DNA of 64,000 nt from an uncultured Nitrososphaerales archaeon (GTDB lineage: Archaea > Thermoproteota > Nitrososphaeria > Nitrososphaerales > Nitrososphaeraceae), in contig CAWJCY010000012.1 in assembly GCA_963841565.1 (NCBI GenBank), forward strand, positions 224,001-288,000. Reading direction: 5' to 3'. A program made the position numbers and the translations under genes. Below, piece by piece: positions 10,286 to 20,259 of this stretch. Position 1 is the stretch's first letter. Each line of letters opens with the position of its first letter. The notes beneath the pieces are model-generated. The model saw nothing but the letters and a program-made list of their open reading frames with translations. It was not told the DNA's origin and made no database searches.

Positions 10286-10561
10286 CTATGCCTCCTTCCT
10301 TTCGGTTCTTGGTTTGTTTTTGGGATTGGATTCTCTAAATCGCCAGTATATGTAAATTAATGTACCTTGCACCAGCGCTCCCACTACAAAAGCCGCTACC
10401 ATTCCTTGATAGAAAAGATCCCATATCGCCACTCTTCTTACAATAAGCTCCTCAGCTTCCTGAGCATAAACATCAATGAAATTGCTACCGAAAATAGACA
10501 AATAACCTATAACTGATAGGCATCCAATCATGGTCCAAGATATAGTTAATCTAGATACCAT
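10286..10561 (-). CDS. Small membrane protein resembling the N-terminal TM helix of Cox2
   Basis: Signal peptide then IWDLF...AAFVVGALVQGTLIYIYWRFRE; ends 6 bp before coxB. Confidence 0.75.
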   Translation of the reverse strand: MVSRLTISWTMIGCLSVIGYLSIFGSNFIDVYAQEAEELIVRRVAIWDLFYQGMVAAFVVGALVQGTLIYIYWRFRESNPKNKPRTERKEA

Positions 10562-10661
10562 TTCAGATTCACTCGTTAGCTCATTAATCCTGTCCTTCTA
10601 ATTTAAGGTTTCTAATACTTGGCATAGGCCATATTCACTACAAAATGAAGACCGGGTTTCG

Positions 10662-11801
10662 TCATAATTGACTTTTCGATTGTTGCTCGTATCGGATTAG
10701 CTCAGATCTAAACCTTCGACGCTCCCATATCATGAGGTACACAACGCCCCCCACCAGTATGGCCTCGGTAGATTTAGCAAGTACACCAGCCGCATCAACT
10801 TGCTCAGCAACATTGTTAGGAGATAACGGAGGAGGAAAGATCACAGAATAAAGATATAGGCCAAGTAATACTGAACTGCCGATCAGACCAAACATGTTCA
10901 AAACCGCAGTTTTACGATAGTGCTTTCGGACAGAGACTATGTTGTTTGAGATCTTGGATTCGTTCAATGAAATTAATACGTAAACTATACCATAGGCGAA
11001 TTGAGCTGCTCCCGCGGTAAAGAGGAAGATACTGTATTCAATTCTTAATGAAGCGTGCCCAGGGAAGACCGCTATATGTACAAAACCTGAGGCCATCGCT
11101 AAGAACAATATGCAATACTTGAGCACTTGTTTATCTCCGATGTTTGCAGACATGATTGTCTTTCGTCTTTTGAGAAAGATAACGCCAAGAACCGCACCCA
11201 ATACTGCGATGCCCATAAAAATTCCAGTGAAAATTGAACCATAATAGATCGTGCCAAAGTTATTAGTGACAGAAATATTCATCAAACCTCTTTCACAGCC
11301 ACAATCAGATCTATCCAAAAGGGTACTTCTGGCCGGACTTGAAAGACCGATTCTGCTCTCACTAGCAGGCGAGTCATCAATCACGCTCACGACCAGTATA
11401 TAATTTCCGATTCGTGGAAATGTGTAGTAGAGCCTGAAATCTCCAACATCGTGCTTAGTCCAAGGAAATACTGCGATACGGTCGCCAGATTTTTCATCAT
11501 AGATTTCGACCATAGTTACAATATTTGTCATGTCGTTCCCTTTGTTATCTTGAATACTGAAAACGATTCCCGCCGGCTCTGCAGGTCGTGGATAGTCAGG
11601 CTCCATGCCTTGAAATATGTAATATTTACCAACACCGGAGAAGCCCCCATTATAGTGAGGTAGGTGTTCTAGATGAGAAAATGCGACGCTAGTAGAGGCA
11701 AAGCCAAGGATAATAAGCGGTAAGCAGGAGAGGAATAGTTTCAAAGAAGAATCATTACGAAATTCCGATATGTACGGTTTAGCCCTAGCGAATACATCCA
11801 T
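10662..11801 (-). CDS. Exported/membrane protein, possible metal-binding
   Basis: Signal peptide followed by HLEHLPH, Ig-like ectodomain, CGC, then about 5 TM helices with His residues. Confidence 0.75.
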   Translation of the reverse strand: MDVFARAKPYISEFRNDSSLKLFLSCLPLIILGFASTSVAFSHLEHLPHYNGGFSGVGKYYIFQGMEPDYPRPAEPAGIVFSIQDNKGNDMTNIVTMVEIYDEKSGDRIAVFPWTKHDVGDFRLYYTFPRIGNYILVVSVIDDSPASESRIGLSSPARSTLLDRSDCGCERGLMNISVTNNFGTIYYGSIFTGIFMGIAVLGAVLGVIFLKRRKTIMSANIGDKQVLKYCILFLAMASGFVHIAVFPGHASLRIEYSIFLFTAGAAQFAYGIVYVLISLNESKISNNIVSVRKHYRKTAVLNMFGLIGSSVLLGLYLYSVIFPPPLSPNNVAEQVDAAGVLAKSTEAILVGGVVYLMIWERRRFRSELIRYEQQSKSQL

Positions 11802-11948
11802 CTGGGATGTAATTTAGTGAGGTGTCAAACTATTTAATTTGTTATGTGTCGACACTGGTCTTCTAAAAATTACCCGAGTTGTAGTAAGGACGATAACACT
11901 AAAAATGATGATAATAATATAATTGAAATTTCTTCAAGAACACTCCTG

Positions 11949-12572
11949 CTATTCTTCAAAATATCTGTTGATACTCATCAAATTTACCGCTGAAAGAGAA
12001 TAGATCTGGCATTCTTGCCTCAGTATAGTTAACGAGGCGTTGCGTATGTGCCACCTGTAAAGAGACTTTGGATTGAGATCTAAAAGAATCGAAATTGCCG
12101 CTTTAATCGGATCTAAATGAGTTATTAGAAGGACGTTCTCATCCTCGCATTTATGTCCAAGTTCTTCGAGAAGATTATTTATGCGATTTTTTACAGATGT
12201 AAATGACTCTACGCCGTAACTAAGCAAAGTCGGATCATTTCCGGAATAAAATTTGAGGAAAAGATTGCCATATTTTTGGACTATCTCTTCATAATTCATG
12301 CCAACTAGCTTTCCTAATTCTATCTCATAGAGCCGTTCGTCTATTTCATAGGTGGTACCTAGTATCTCACATACTATCTTCGCTGTTTCGATCGTTCTAA
12401 TTACCGGGCTAACGAGTATCCTGGTTATCGGTATTTCCTTTAAGTACACGGCGGTGTCTGCAACCTGACGCTTTCCATATTCTGTCAGATGTGCTTCAAC
12501 ATGCCTACCTACCAAAATTTTATTTACATTATTCTCTGCCTGTCCATGTCGCATCATAATCGTCAACGGCAA
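11949..12572 (-). CDS. Histidine phosphatase (phosphoglycerate mutase family)
   Basis: MRHGQA, SP..R..ETA, ITH motifs. Confidence 0.92.
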   Translation of the reverse strand: MPLTIMMRHGQAENNVNKILVGRHVEAHLTEYGKRQVADTAVYLKEIPITRILVSPVIRTIETAKIVCEILGTTYEIDERLYEIELGKLVGMNYEEIVQKYGNLFLKFYSGNDPTLLSYGVESFTSVKNRINNLLEELGHKCEDENVLLITHLDPIKAAISILLDLNPKSLYRWHIRNASLTILRQECQIYSLSAVNLMSINRYFEE

Positions 12573-12710
12573 CCTAAATCTTCCAAGATTGTAGTCATTC
12601 CTTAGCTATTAAAACGCATTGTTAAGCATTTCAACGAGCGAAGATAGCAATCAGTTAAGAAGGAGCTCCAGGTAATGTTTTCATACCCGAGCCTGTTGGA
12701 TCTGAATAGG

Positions 12711-13385
12711 ATGAAGATCGGTATTGTCGGCGGAACAGGAGGAATGGGAGAGGGATTTGCACTCCGTTGGTGCCTGAAGCACGAAATTTTCATTGGATCT
12801 CGTGATTCAACTAGAGCCAAGGAAGCAGCAAAACAATATATGATTTCGGCTCGGGAGGCTTACGGAAGTAATATGGCTGGAAATGTCAGTGGTGAAGAAA
12901 ATGTCCGGCTATCGGAAATCTGTGACTTGGTCATTTTGTCTATTCCTTATGAATCAACCGAAGGCACGTGCGCTGGCATCTCGGAGAGAATTAGCCCCAA
13001 TTGCATCATAGTAACACCTATAGTACCTATGCGAAGGGAGGAGAAAGGGTTCACTTACTTGCCTTTAGAAGAAGGAGTGAAATCTGCCGCTGAGTTGGTC
13101 TCAGATTACATTCGACCCAGAGGAAGAATCGTCTCAGCTTTTCACACGATATCAGAGGTGAAATTGAAGGATGTCAAACAAAATTTGGCCGTTGACACTT
13201 TCGTGTGCGGTGACGACCAGAACAATGTATCAACGGTTAATTCGTTAATAGGTGAGATTAATGGGCTTCGACCAATCTATCTGGGCCCGTTGTCAGTGAG
13301 CTACCAAGCTGAAATATTAACCCCCATGTTGCTAAATGCCTCCAAAAGGAATAAAATTAAACACCCTGGATTAATGGTGACTTAG
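12711..13385 (+). CDS. npdG: NADPH-dependent F420 reductase
   Basis: MKIGIVGGTGGMG..., IGSR, SAAE, VSAFHTIS, VCGDD. Confidence 0.9.
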   Translation: MKIGIVGGTGGMGEGFALRWCLKHEIFIGSRDSTRAKEAAKQYMISAREAYGSNMAGNVSGEENVRLSEICDLVILSIPYESTEGTCAGISERISPNCIIVTPIVPMRREEKGFTYLPLEEGVKSAAELVSDYIRPRGRIVSAFHTISEVKLKDVKQNLAVDTFVCGDDQNNVSTVNSLIGEINGLRPIYLGPLSVSYQAEILTPMLLNASKRNKIKHPGLMVT

Positions 13386-13397
13386 ATCCCATTAGAA

Positions 13398-13715
13398 ATG
13401 ATCTTTACTAAAAAAGAAAATAACAATCGCGGCAGAAATTGGATGTCTGCGATGGGGGTACTCTTTATCGTTATGGCAATGATCATAGCTATTCGGAACA
13501 TAGTGCTTGTTACTTACGCGCCTGAATCAGTGAACCCGCCATTTGAATCGGCATTTGCTAGGTACTTTAGCCCTTACCTCAACAATGAAAAATTTGTAAT
13601 TGCGATGTTGGTAGGGGGCGGCTTTCTATTATGGTGGGGATACTTTAAAAAGAAAGACGACGAAGGTCCCCCGGACGAACATGAGAGAAGGAGATTCGGT
13701 TATGATTTTAGATGA
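13398..13715 (+). CDS. Two-TM hypothetical membrane protein
   Basis: Two hydrophobic helices; co-oriented between npdG and pspA. Confidence 0.65.
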   Translation: MIFTKKENNNRGRNWMSAMGVLFIVMAMIIAIRNIVLVTYAPESVNPPFESAFARYFSPYLNNEKFVIAMLVGGGFLLWWGYFKKKDDEGPPDEHERRRFGYDFR

Positions 13716-13788
13716 TTGAATCTTTCATCTCTTACGTGATTAGTCACATTTAATAATTAATTTTGTTCAATTAACTGTTAGAAAGTAA

Positions 13789-14529
13789 TTGGGATTACTA
13801 AATAGAATTTCGACAGTTATCAAGCAAAAAGCAAATTACCTAGTTGATAAGTATGAGGATCCGCGGCAGGCCCTTGATTATTCTTATGAGAAACAAAGAG
13901 AGCTTGTCAATCGACTCCGTCGGGACATGGCGGAGGTTGTCACATCAAAGAAAAGACTGGAAATGCAAAAGGCACGCCTATGGGACAATATAAGAACACT
14001 TGATGAACAAGCTAGGCGTTCCCTTGATTCTGATAGAGAAGATCTTGCCAAACTTGCTCTTCAGAGAAAGAATGCAAATCTGATTGAAATGCAGGGACTG
14101 GACAAGCAGATCGCGGAGATGCAGGCAGAACAGGAGAAATTAGAACAAACAGAAAAGGGACTTTCTGTCAAGGTAGAGGAATTTAAATCCAAAAAAGAGG
14201 TGATTAAGGCACAATATTCTTCAGCTGAGGCACAGGTCAGAATTAAGGAGAGTATAACAGGAATATCCGAGGAAATGACTGATGTTGGCATGGCTATGAA
14301 TAGAGCAGAAGAGAAGGCTGAAAGAATGAAGTCGAAAGCGCAAGCATTGGATGAGATGATTAGCTCTGGCGTGTTGGTAGATTATACTTCTAACAAAGAC
14401 GAAATCGAGGGTGAGCTTGAACAGATCACAGTCGATAAATCTGTAGAGGAAGAATTAGCAAAATTGAAGGCTGAAAAACTTCGAAAGAAGAAGAAGGTCG
14501 TGGAACAAGAGCAGGAAGCGACCACATGA
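13789..14529 (+). CDS. pspA: PspA/IM30 family protein
   Basis: MGLLNRI...EDP...coiled coil...EDLAKLAL...VEEELAKLK. Confidence 0.93.
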   Translation: MGLLNRISTVIKQKANYLVDKYEDPRQALDYSYEKQRELVNRLRRDMAEVVTSKKRLEMQKARLWDNIRTLDEQARRSLDSDREDLAKLALQRKNANLIEMQGLDKQIAEMQAEQEKLEQTEKGLSVKVEEFKSKKEVIKAQYSSAEAQVRIKESITGISEEMTDVGMAMNRAEEKAERMKSKAQALDEMISSGVLVDYTSNKDEIEGELEQITVDKSVEEELAKLKAEKLRKKKKVVEQEQEATT

Positions 14530-15147
14530 GGAGTACTAGAAAAAAAGAAGGTAAATCTTCCTCTACAAGATCAGGCAACAGAAGGGGCAAGAAATCGAAG
14601 GCTAACTTGAGCAAGTCTTCATCAAAGAAACGTTCACTAATTAAGGGAGTTGGCAAGAGTACGAGGAAAAGGACATCACGCTCTCCAGTTAGGGTACCGA
14701 AACTAAGAACACAGAAGAGGACTAGCAAAGCTCAGATCAATCAAACGTTTTCCGGTAGTACGAGCTTCTAGGAAAAATGTCGTTCACAAGACAAAGAGCA
14801 GATCGAGAGCCTTCAGTTCATCCAAGAAACAAACATCTACAAGGGGAACAAATAAGAAAATCATTAGAGTTCTGGGTCATGGGCAATTCTCGGTTGATTC
14901 AGAAACTTTAAGAAAATTGAATGCGATCGACAATTCAATCGTCCGAAGGTTTGAAAAGGAAAATTTGACAGATGAGGAATTCAAAATGAAAATTGAGCAG
15001 CTCGGAGAGATCGTTACTAAAAAAGGAAAGCGACTCCATCCAAAAATGATAGTAAGTTCTGACATCATTCTACCGGGCAGCGATTTAACAGTTGAGGAAG
15101 CCAGCAAAATCTTCCATGGTGAGGGGATTATCCCGGGGCTTGACTAG
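14526..15147 (+). CDS. PspA-associated protein PspAA-like with long basic N-terminal extension; +1 frameshift between 14707 and 14771
   Basis: Frame of the 14917 ORF is open from 14707 without ATG and reads IIRVLGHGQF..LNAIDN...SDIILP..DLTVEEA...EGIIPG; joins the K/R/S-rich ORF that overlaps the pspA stop (ATGA). Confidence 0.75.
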
Positions 15148-15161
15148 TGCTTCGGCGACGT

Positions 15162-15794
15162 TTAAGTCCTTAACTTATCAAAAGGCATGTCCCACATAGG
15201 ATACCATACTGTCATGTCAGTTTCCCAGGGGATTTCCTTTGAGATAATAGACATGAGCGCTAGTTCGAGATCATTACGCCTCTTCTCTTGAGCAGCTAAT
15301 GGAACAAAGGGGTAGAATTTCTCTCTTTTATAATTAAAGATCAAATATTGGGGTTCAAGTTGAGGGCTGTCTAAGTTGGAGTTGGGACTAACTGTTTTCC
15401 TGAATTCAAACACCGCTGCCAACATCTGATCCCTAAATCCTCGTTCTGTGATGACGTCTGCAATTCCGTTTGACGCTACCAACATATCTTCAATGCTCAT
15501 CCCCCTTATCATTATCCATAGATAGCCATATTTGTCATTCATCAGAATATAATCGGTCCGAAATTCGCTACTGCTTATTTTTAAAAATTCTTGTACTTCT
15601 TTGATTGTATCTGAAAAATATGTCCCATTCACATTTTTTATGCAAATTCCACACCTATTGGTGCTCGTCAACCCTAATTTAGTCTCGAGCGTAATATATC
15701 CGGAAGTAAGTGAGAATATTCCCTCCTCACGATGATCCTTATTCTTTCTATATAAACCCCCTTTTCCTAGTTTTTTGAGTAAGGAGTCTATCAC
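15162..15794 (-). CDS. PspA-associated protein PspAB-like
   Basis: DKYGYLW, QMLAAVFEF, YLIFNYKREKFYPFVP...R..LEL...WYPMW; coupled to htpX by a GTGA overlap. Confidence 0.75.
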   Translation of the reverse strand: MIDSLLKKLGKGGLYRKNKDHREEGIFSLTSGYITLETKLGLTSTNRCGICIKNVNGTYFSDTIKEVQEFLKISSSEFRTDYILMNDKYGYLWIMIRGMSIEDMLVASNGIADVITERGFRDQMLAAVFEFRKTVSPNSNLDSPQLEPQYLIFNYKREKFYPFVPLAAQEKRRNDLELALMSIISKEIPWETDMTVWYPMWDMPFDKLRT

Positions 15795-16724
15795 GCCATT
15801 GATGCCTCCATTTCTAGAAGTTTTTGAACCCTCATCTGAACAGGAGGATGCGTCGAAAAAAGGTTAGCTATCGATTGACGGCCAGAATGTACTGGAATTA
15901 TGAAAAATGCATTAAGTCCTTCTACTTTGCGTAGATCTCTATTCGGCACTTGCTCGCATTGTACCGCTTATCTTCATAAGTGCATTTGCTAGCTGTACAG
16001 GCTTTCCTGTCATCTGTGCCGATCCTCTATCAGCAGCGAACTCTCTGTACCTCGAAATCGCTCGGATCACCAGAAAGCTGACAAGCCAAGTAATTGCGGC
16101 CACTGCTAGCATAATCAAGATTGCCCCGCCGCCACCACCTCGATCTCGTCCTCCGCCATATCCACCCATTCCCCCTCCGTAAAGCCCGCCATAGAAACCA
16201 AACTGCATCAGGTACCACGCTACCGTCGAAAAGAGACTGGCCAGAGTTATCACCAAAACGTCCCTGTTCCTAATATGTGTCAGTTCGTGGCCTATGACAC
16301 CTTCGAGTTCTTCATTGTTTAGGATATCCATCAAACCCGTGGTTACGGCAACAACCGAGCTCCGTTGACTTTTTCCTGTAGCAAAAGCATTGGGGACTGT
16401 CGAATTTATTACGGCAATTTTTGGTTTGGGAAAGTTGTTCCTTGCAACTATTCTTTCCACCAATCCATGCAACTCAGGATACTGTTCCCTAGTCACGACC
16501 TTTGCACCTGAACTCCATAATACAATTTTATCTGAAAAGTACCATTGTGCTATAATCAATACTGATGCGACTACTGTAATCGGTATAAAGCCCACCCCTA
16601 GGTATGCCAATACACTAAGAAAAATAAGATAGAGCACCGCAAGTATAACGAAGCTCGTTATCATCCGTAATGTTAATCCTGTATCCCTTCGTTGCCAAGC
16701 TCTAGACATAGACTTGTCTCTCAT
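15791..16724 (-). CDS. htpX: Zinc metalloprotease HtpX (+1 frameshift near 15955)
   Basis: PNAFATG, GHELTH, SRYREFAAD; the conserved tail NAFFI...FSTHPP..R continues in the adjacent frame to TGA at 15791. Confidence 0.9.
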
Positions 16725-16932
16725 TTATGTGATCTACATATGGACATTTAAGATAATTGTTTACTCTGTATCACTGCGTTTCGAAAGCCTATGGATGACC
16801 ACAAAGCAAAAAATCTAGTCATTGGCTGGCACATTTGAGGTGGAACACTAAAGTAATTGTTCAACGATTATAAATTTACGAGAACTTTTTCGAAGAATTA
16901 ATAAATATTACGATCAACTTAATAGAAATAGC

Positions 16933-17358
16933 GTGAATTCAAGTGCTCGAGGTTATGGTTTAATTGCTATGATTCTTGCAATTAACATGGTCCTTAGCGC
17001 AGACCTCACGTTGCAATTCATCCTCGTACCAGAAAGAGTGGATGCACAGAACGACATACCTTCCCCCCCATCAAATACAACATCAAAAAATCAAAACTTG
17101 TCAAACATTACAGGAGCTGAGACCTATATAGTTACTTTGAATAATCAAAGTTCGTCTGGTGATTTGGATGATGTTATACAGTCGGTGAAGGAGAAAGGTG
17201 CGAACATAACCCATGTTTATAGCCATTCCATAGTTGGTTTTTCTGTCCAGATTCCATCGGATAAAAAGTCAGAAACCATGGAGTCACTAGTAAATGATAC
17301 ACGAATAAATAGTGTTGAACCTGATCAAACTATGACCCTCTCGCCTCCACTTGAGTAA
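16933..17358 (+). CDS. Stand-alone peptidase inhibitor I9 (subtilisin propeptide-like) exported protein
   Basis: TYIVTL...ITHVYSHSIVGFS...INSVEPDQ, matching the propeptide of the downstream S8 enzyme. Confidence 0.8.
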   Translation: MNSSARGYGLIAMILAINMVLSADLTLQFILVPERVDAQNDIPSPPSNTTSKNQNLSNITGAETYIVTLNNQSSSGDLDDVIQSVKEKGANITHVYSHSIVGFSVQIPSDKKSETMESLVNDTRINSVEPDQTMTLSPPLE

Positions 17359-17640
17359 TTGCTTAGTTTACCAAGCGTAAGACTTTTTTGAAATTCTGAA
17401 TCTGAGCTAAAAAAGTCATTGTACTTGTTTAGTTCAGTTTAACACCTGCGTTCTTTAGCGTAGAAAATTGGACTCGGCATAAATAGTAAGTTATCATCGA
17501 AGAGCATGAAATGACAAGACTTAGTCGCTATCTTACCGACTCCGGCCAAAAACTTCGGTATCATCATTTGTTTGCTTCTCATACTTTAGAAGGAAATGTC
17601 GTAAATCCAGAAGTGAGAGGAATCCTGGAATAATAAGGAA

Positions 17641-20043
17641 GTGAATCGTGTGATGAAATTTCATATTAGACAAAATTTGGCCCGTACTAAGTTGCCAATC
17701 TACATTACAATAACTCTACTTATTCTGACTTCAACGCTAACCTCACAGATTCCTGCTACGATGTTTCTCAAGGCAGCTGAAGGAGTTGAGGGAGACGAAG
17801 ATTTAGCTAGGCCGTCATCATCGCCGAATATGTCAGATAAGGAACTCGACCAGAGTCTAGATTCTCTAATGGCGATTCTAAATTCTACAACAAGCACGTC
17901 GTGTTTACAGACACCCATTCAGACTGTTTCATCCAGCGAAGATGATGATGACGACGATGAGGATGATAATGGAGATGATGACACAATGAATGTGTTGGAC
18001 GGCGACTTTGAAACAGAATGGTCAGTGGCAGACTTGGGGTCCTTTTTGCAGTTAGATCTAGGCAAAGTAAAGCAGATTTGCTCAGTCGACGCAAGTTGGT
18101 CAGAAGGAGATGAAAAATCAGTTAACTTCGTATTATCGGTGTCTAATAATGGAACAAACTTTGAAGATATTTTAAGGAGTTCGAGTAGCGGAACAACTGA
18201 ATCTAAGGAGCACTACAAGTTCCCTACTGCAGATGGAAGGTACTTGAGAATCACGTTCTACGGAGATTCTGAAAATAATGAGGATGTTGCCTTACGTGAA
18301 TTAACTGTGAACACGGAGATTCCCAGTAAGAAGCCTACGACCGTCCCTGAGTTGAGTAGGGAAGGTATCCCGTTCATTAGAGATTCTCAATCGCCCTTCA
18401 CATATCTCAACAACGCCTCAAACAATAGTGAACCAATCATCCACAGCGCTCCAACAGTATCAGATATCCATGCCATGGTTTCTCCGGCGGCTTCCTTTGA
18501 AATCACACTGAATGGCAGTGACTTGGATTTAATCGATCATTTGACATATTACATCACCAATCTTCCCGGCCATGGAAATCTCACTATCGGTACAAATTCA
18601 GCCAGTGTTAGATACACTCCATTCGAAGGTTATTCTGGTCTAGATAACTTCACGTATAAGGCAGTTGATCAATTCGGTCTAAGTAGTAACAACGCCACAG
18701 TAGTTATGAACATCAATGCTTCCAACCAGACCGTAGCTCCAGTGCCCAATACTTTAAACCAAACGATCGCTCCGCAACCGCAAGGTAAATTTGATCCATT
18801 AGAAGAGGTCATCCTGGGTGCTCAAAAGGATCGTTACGAACTGATAAAGGCAGTTAGAGAACCAATAAGAGGACAATATATAGTCGTACTAAAGCCTGAA
18901 CCGACTGCGACTGGTGGCTCAGATAGTGTTGGAATGAGGGCAGATGAAGTAAGAGCAATGGCAGAAGAATCTAGAACCAAAGGCGCCGAAATTCTCAACC
19001 TTTACGAACATGCCCTGGATGGTTACGTAATGAAGACGTCAGAGAATCTGAGTGATGCTGCGTTGGTCTCAGAACTGAGGCAAGATCCTCGCGTCGCATT
19101 CGTGGAACCTGACCAGAGAGTTTACGCCTTGAATCAGACAGTTCCAGTTGGGGTAGATCGAGTGGATGGGGATGTAAGCCCCACCGCTTCTGGCGACGGC
19201 AGAGGAGCTGTTGACGCAGACATTGCAATACTTGATACGGGAATAGACCTTACCCATCCTGATTTGAATGTCTATCACGAAAAAACATTTGTACCTGGGA
19301 CCTCTTCAGCCGACGACGACAGTGGGCATGGGACCCATGTGGCTGGAATAGCTGCTGCTAAAGATAATTCAATAGGTGTTGTTGGAATTGCTCCGGGAGC
19401 ACGCCTCTGGTCGATTAAGGTTCTTGATAGTAATGGTGCTGGTTCTATATCAGACATCATTGCAGGCATCGATTATGTTACTGCACATTCAAATGAGATA
19501 GATGTGGTAAACCTAAGTTTTGGCTGTGAATGTAGTTCACCTGCCTTGGATGCGTCCATCAATAATGCCGTTCAAGCAGGTGTTGTATTCGTGGTAGCGG
19601 CTGGTAACGTTCACAAGGATGCAAGTTCATTCTCTCCTGCTCGAAATCCAAATGTAATAGCCGTCTCTGCTATGACAGATAGCGACGGAAAATGCGGAGG
19701 ACAGGGATCATCTACCAAATATGGGAATGATGACACCTTTTCTTCGTTTAGTAACTATGGTGAGTCTGTAGATATGGTGGCACCTGGCGTCGGCATCCTA
19801 TCAACGTATAGTGATGGAAAATATGCACAATTAAGTGGAACAAGTATGGCTGCACCTCACGTGACTGGAGGTATAGCATTGTACGAATCCTCCCACCCTG
19901 GAGCTACTCCGGCCCAAGTCAAAGCTGCTCTTAATGAAAGCGGCACAAAACCATCTTCTATCTGCAGCGGAGAAGGTCAAGGTTATTTCACAGGAAATCC
20001 TAATGGAGCAGACAGGCCTCTATTAAACGCAAAGGGCTTGTAA
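17641..20043 (+). CDS. Secreted multidomain subtilisin (F5/8-type C, Ig/cadherin-like, I9, S8)
   Basis: ILDTG, HGTHVAG, AAGN, GTSMAAPHV catalytic motifs; DGDFETEW..LQLDLG discoidin-like; YTP..YSG.DNFTYKA Ig-like. Confidence 0.93.
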   Translation: MNRVMKFHIRQNLARTKLPIYITITLLILTSTLTSQIPATMFLKAAEGVEGDEDLARPSSSPNMSDKELDQSLDSLMAILNSTTSTSCLQTPIQTVSSSEDDDDDDEDDNGDDDTMNVLDGDFETEWSVADLGSFLQLDLGKVKQICSVDASWSEGDEKSVNFVLSVSNNGTNFEDILRSSSSGTTESKEHYKFPTADGRYLRITFYGDSENNEDVALRELTVNTEIPSKKPTTVPELSREGIPFIRDSQSPFTYLNNASNNSEPIIHSAPTVSDIHAMVSPAASFEITLNGSDLDLIDHLTYYITNLPGHGNLTIGTNSASVRYTPFEGYSGLDNFTYKAVDQFGLSSNNATVVMNINASNQTVAPVPNTLNQTIAPQPQGKFDPLEEVILGAQKDRYELIKAVREPIRGQYIVVLKPEPTATGGSDSVGMRADEVRAMAEESRTKGAEILNLYEHALDGYVMKTSENLSDAALVSELRQDPRVAFVEPDQRVYALNQTVPVGVDRVDGDVSPTASGDGRGAVDADIAILDTGIDLTHPDLNVYHEKTFVPGTSSADDDSGHGTHVAGIAAAKDNSIGVVGIAPGARLWSIKVLDSNGAGSISDIIAGIDYVTAHSNEIDVVNLSFGCECSSPALDASINNAVQAGVVFVVAAGNVHKDASSFSPARNPNVIAVSAMTDSDGKCGGQGSSTKYGNDDTFSSFSNYGESVDMVAPGVGILSTYSDGKYAQLSGTSMAAPHVTGGIALYESSHPGATPAQVKAALNESGTKPSSICSGEGQGYFTGNPNGADRPLLNAKGL

Positions 20044-20259
20044 GACACCTTAGGTAATGGAAGAAACAGGAGAAACTAAAATGGGGCGGTAGGCCTTCTT
20101 TTCTTTGTTTCCTTCTACTTTTATCCATGATGATATGAATTGTTTTCCTATTTGTATCGCCAGCTTTTCAGTCGACTGGGAAATCAATTGCAAGACCTGA
20201 TGCACATTTATAGATATTAAACTAATATATTACGAGAACCCATATTTCATGAATATAAA

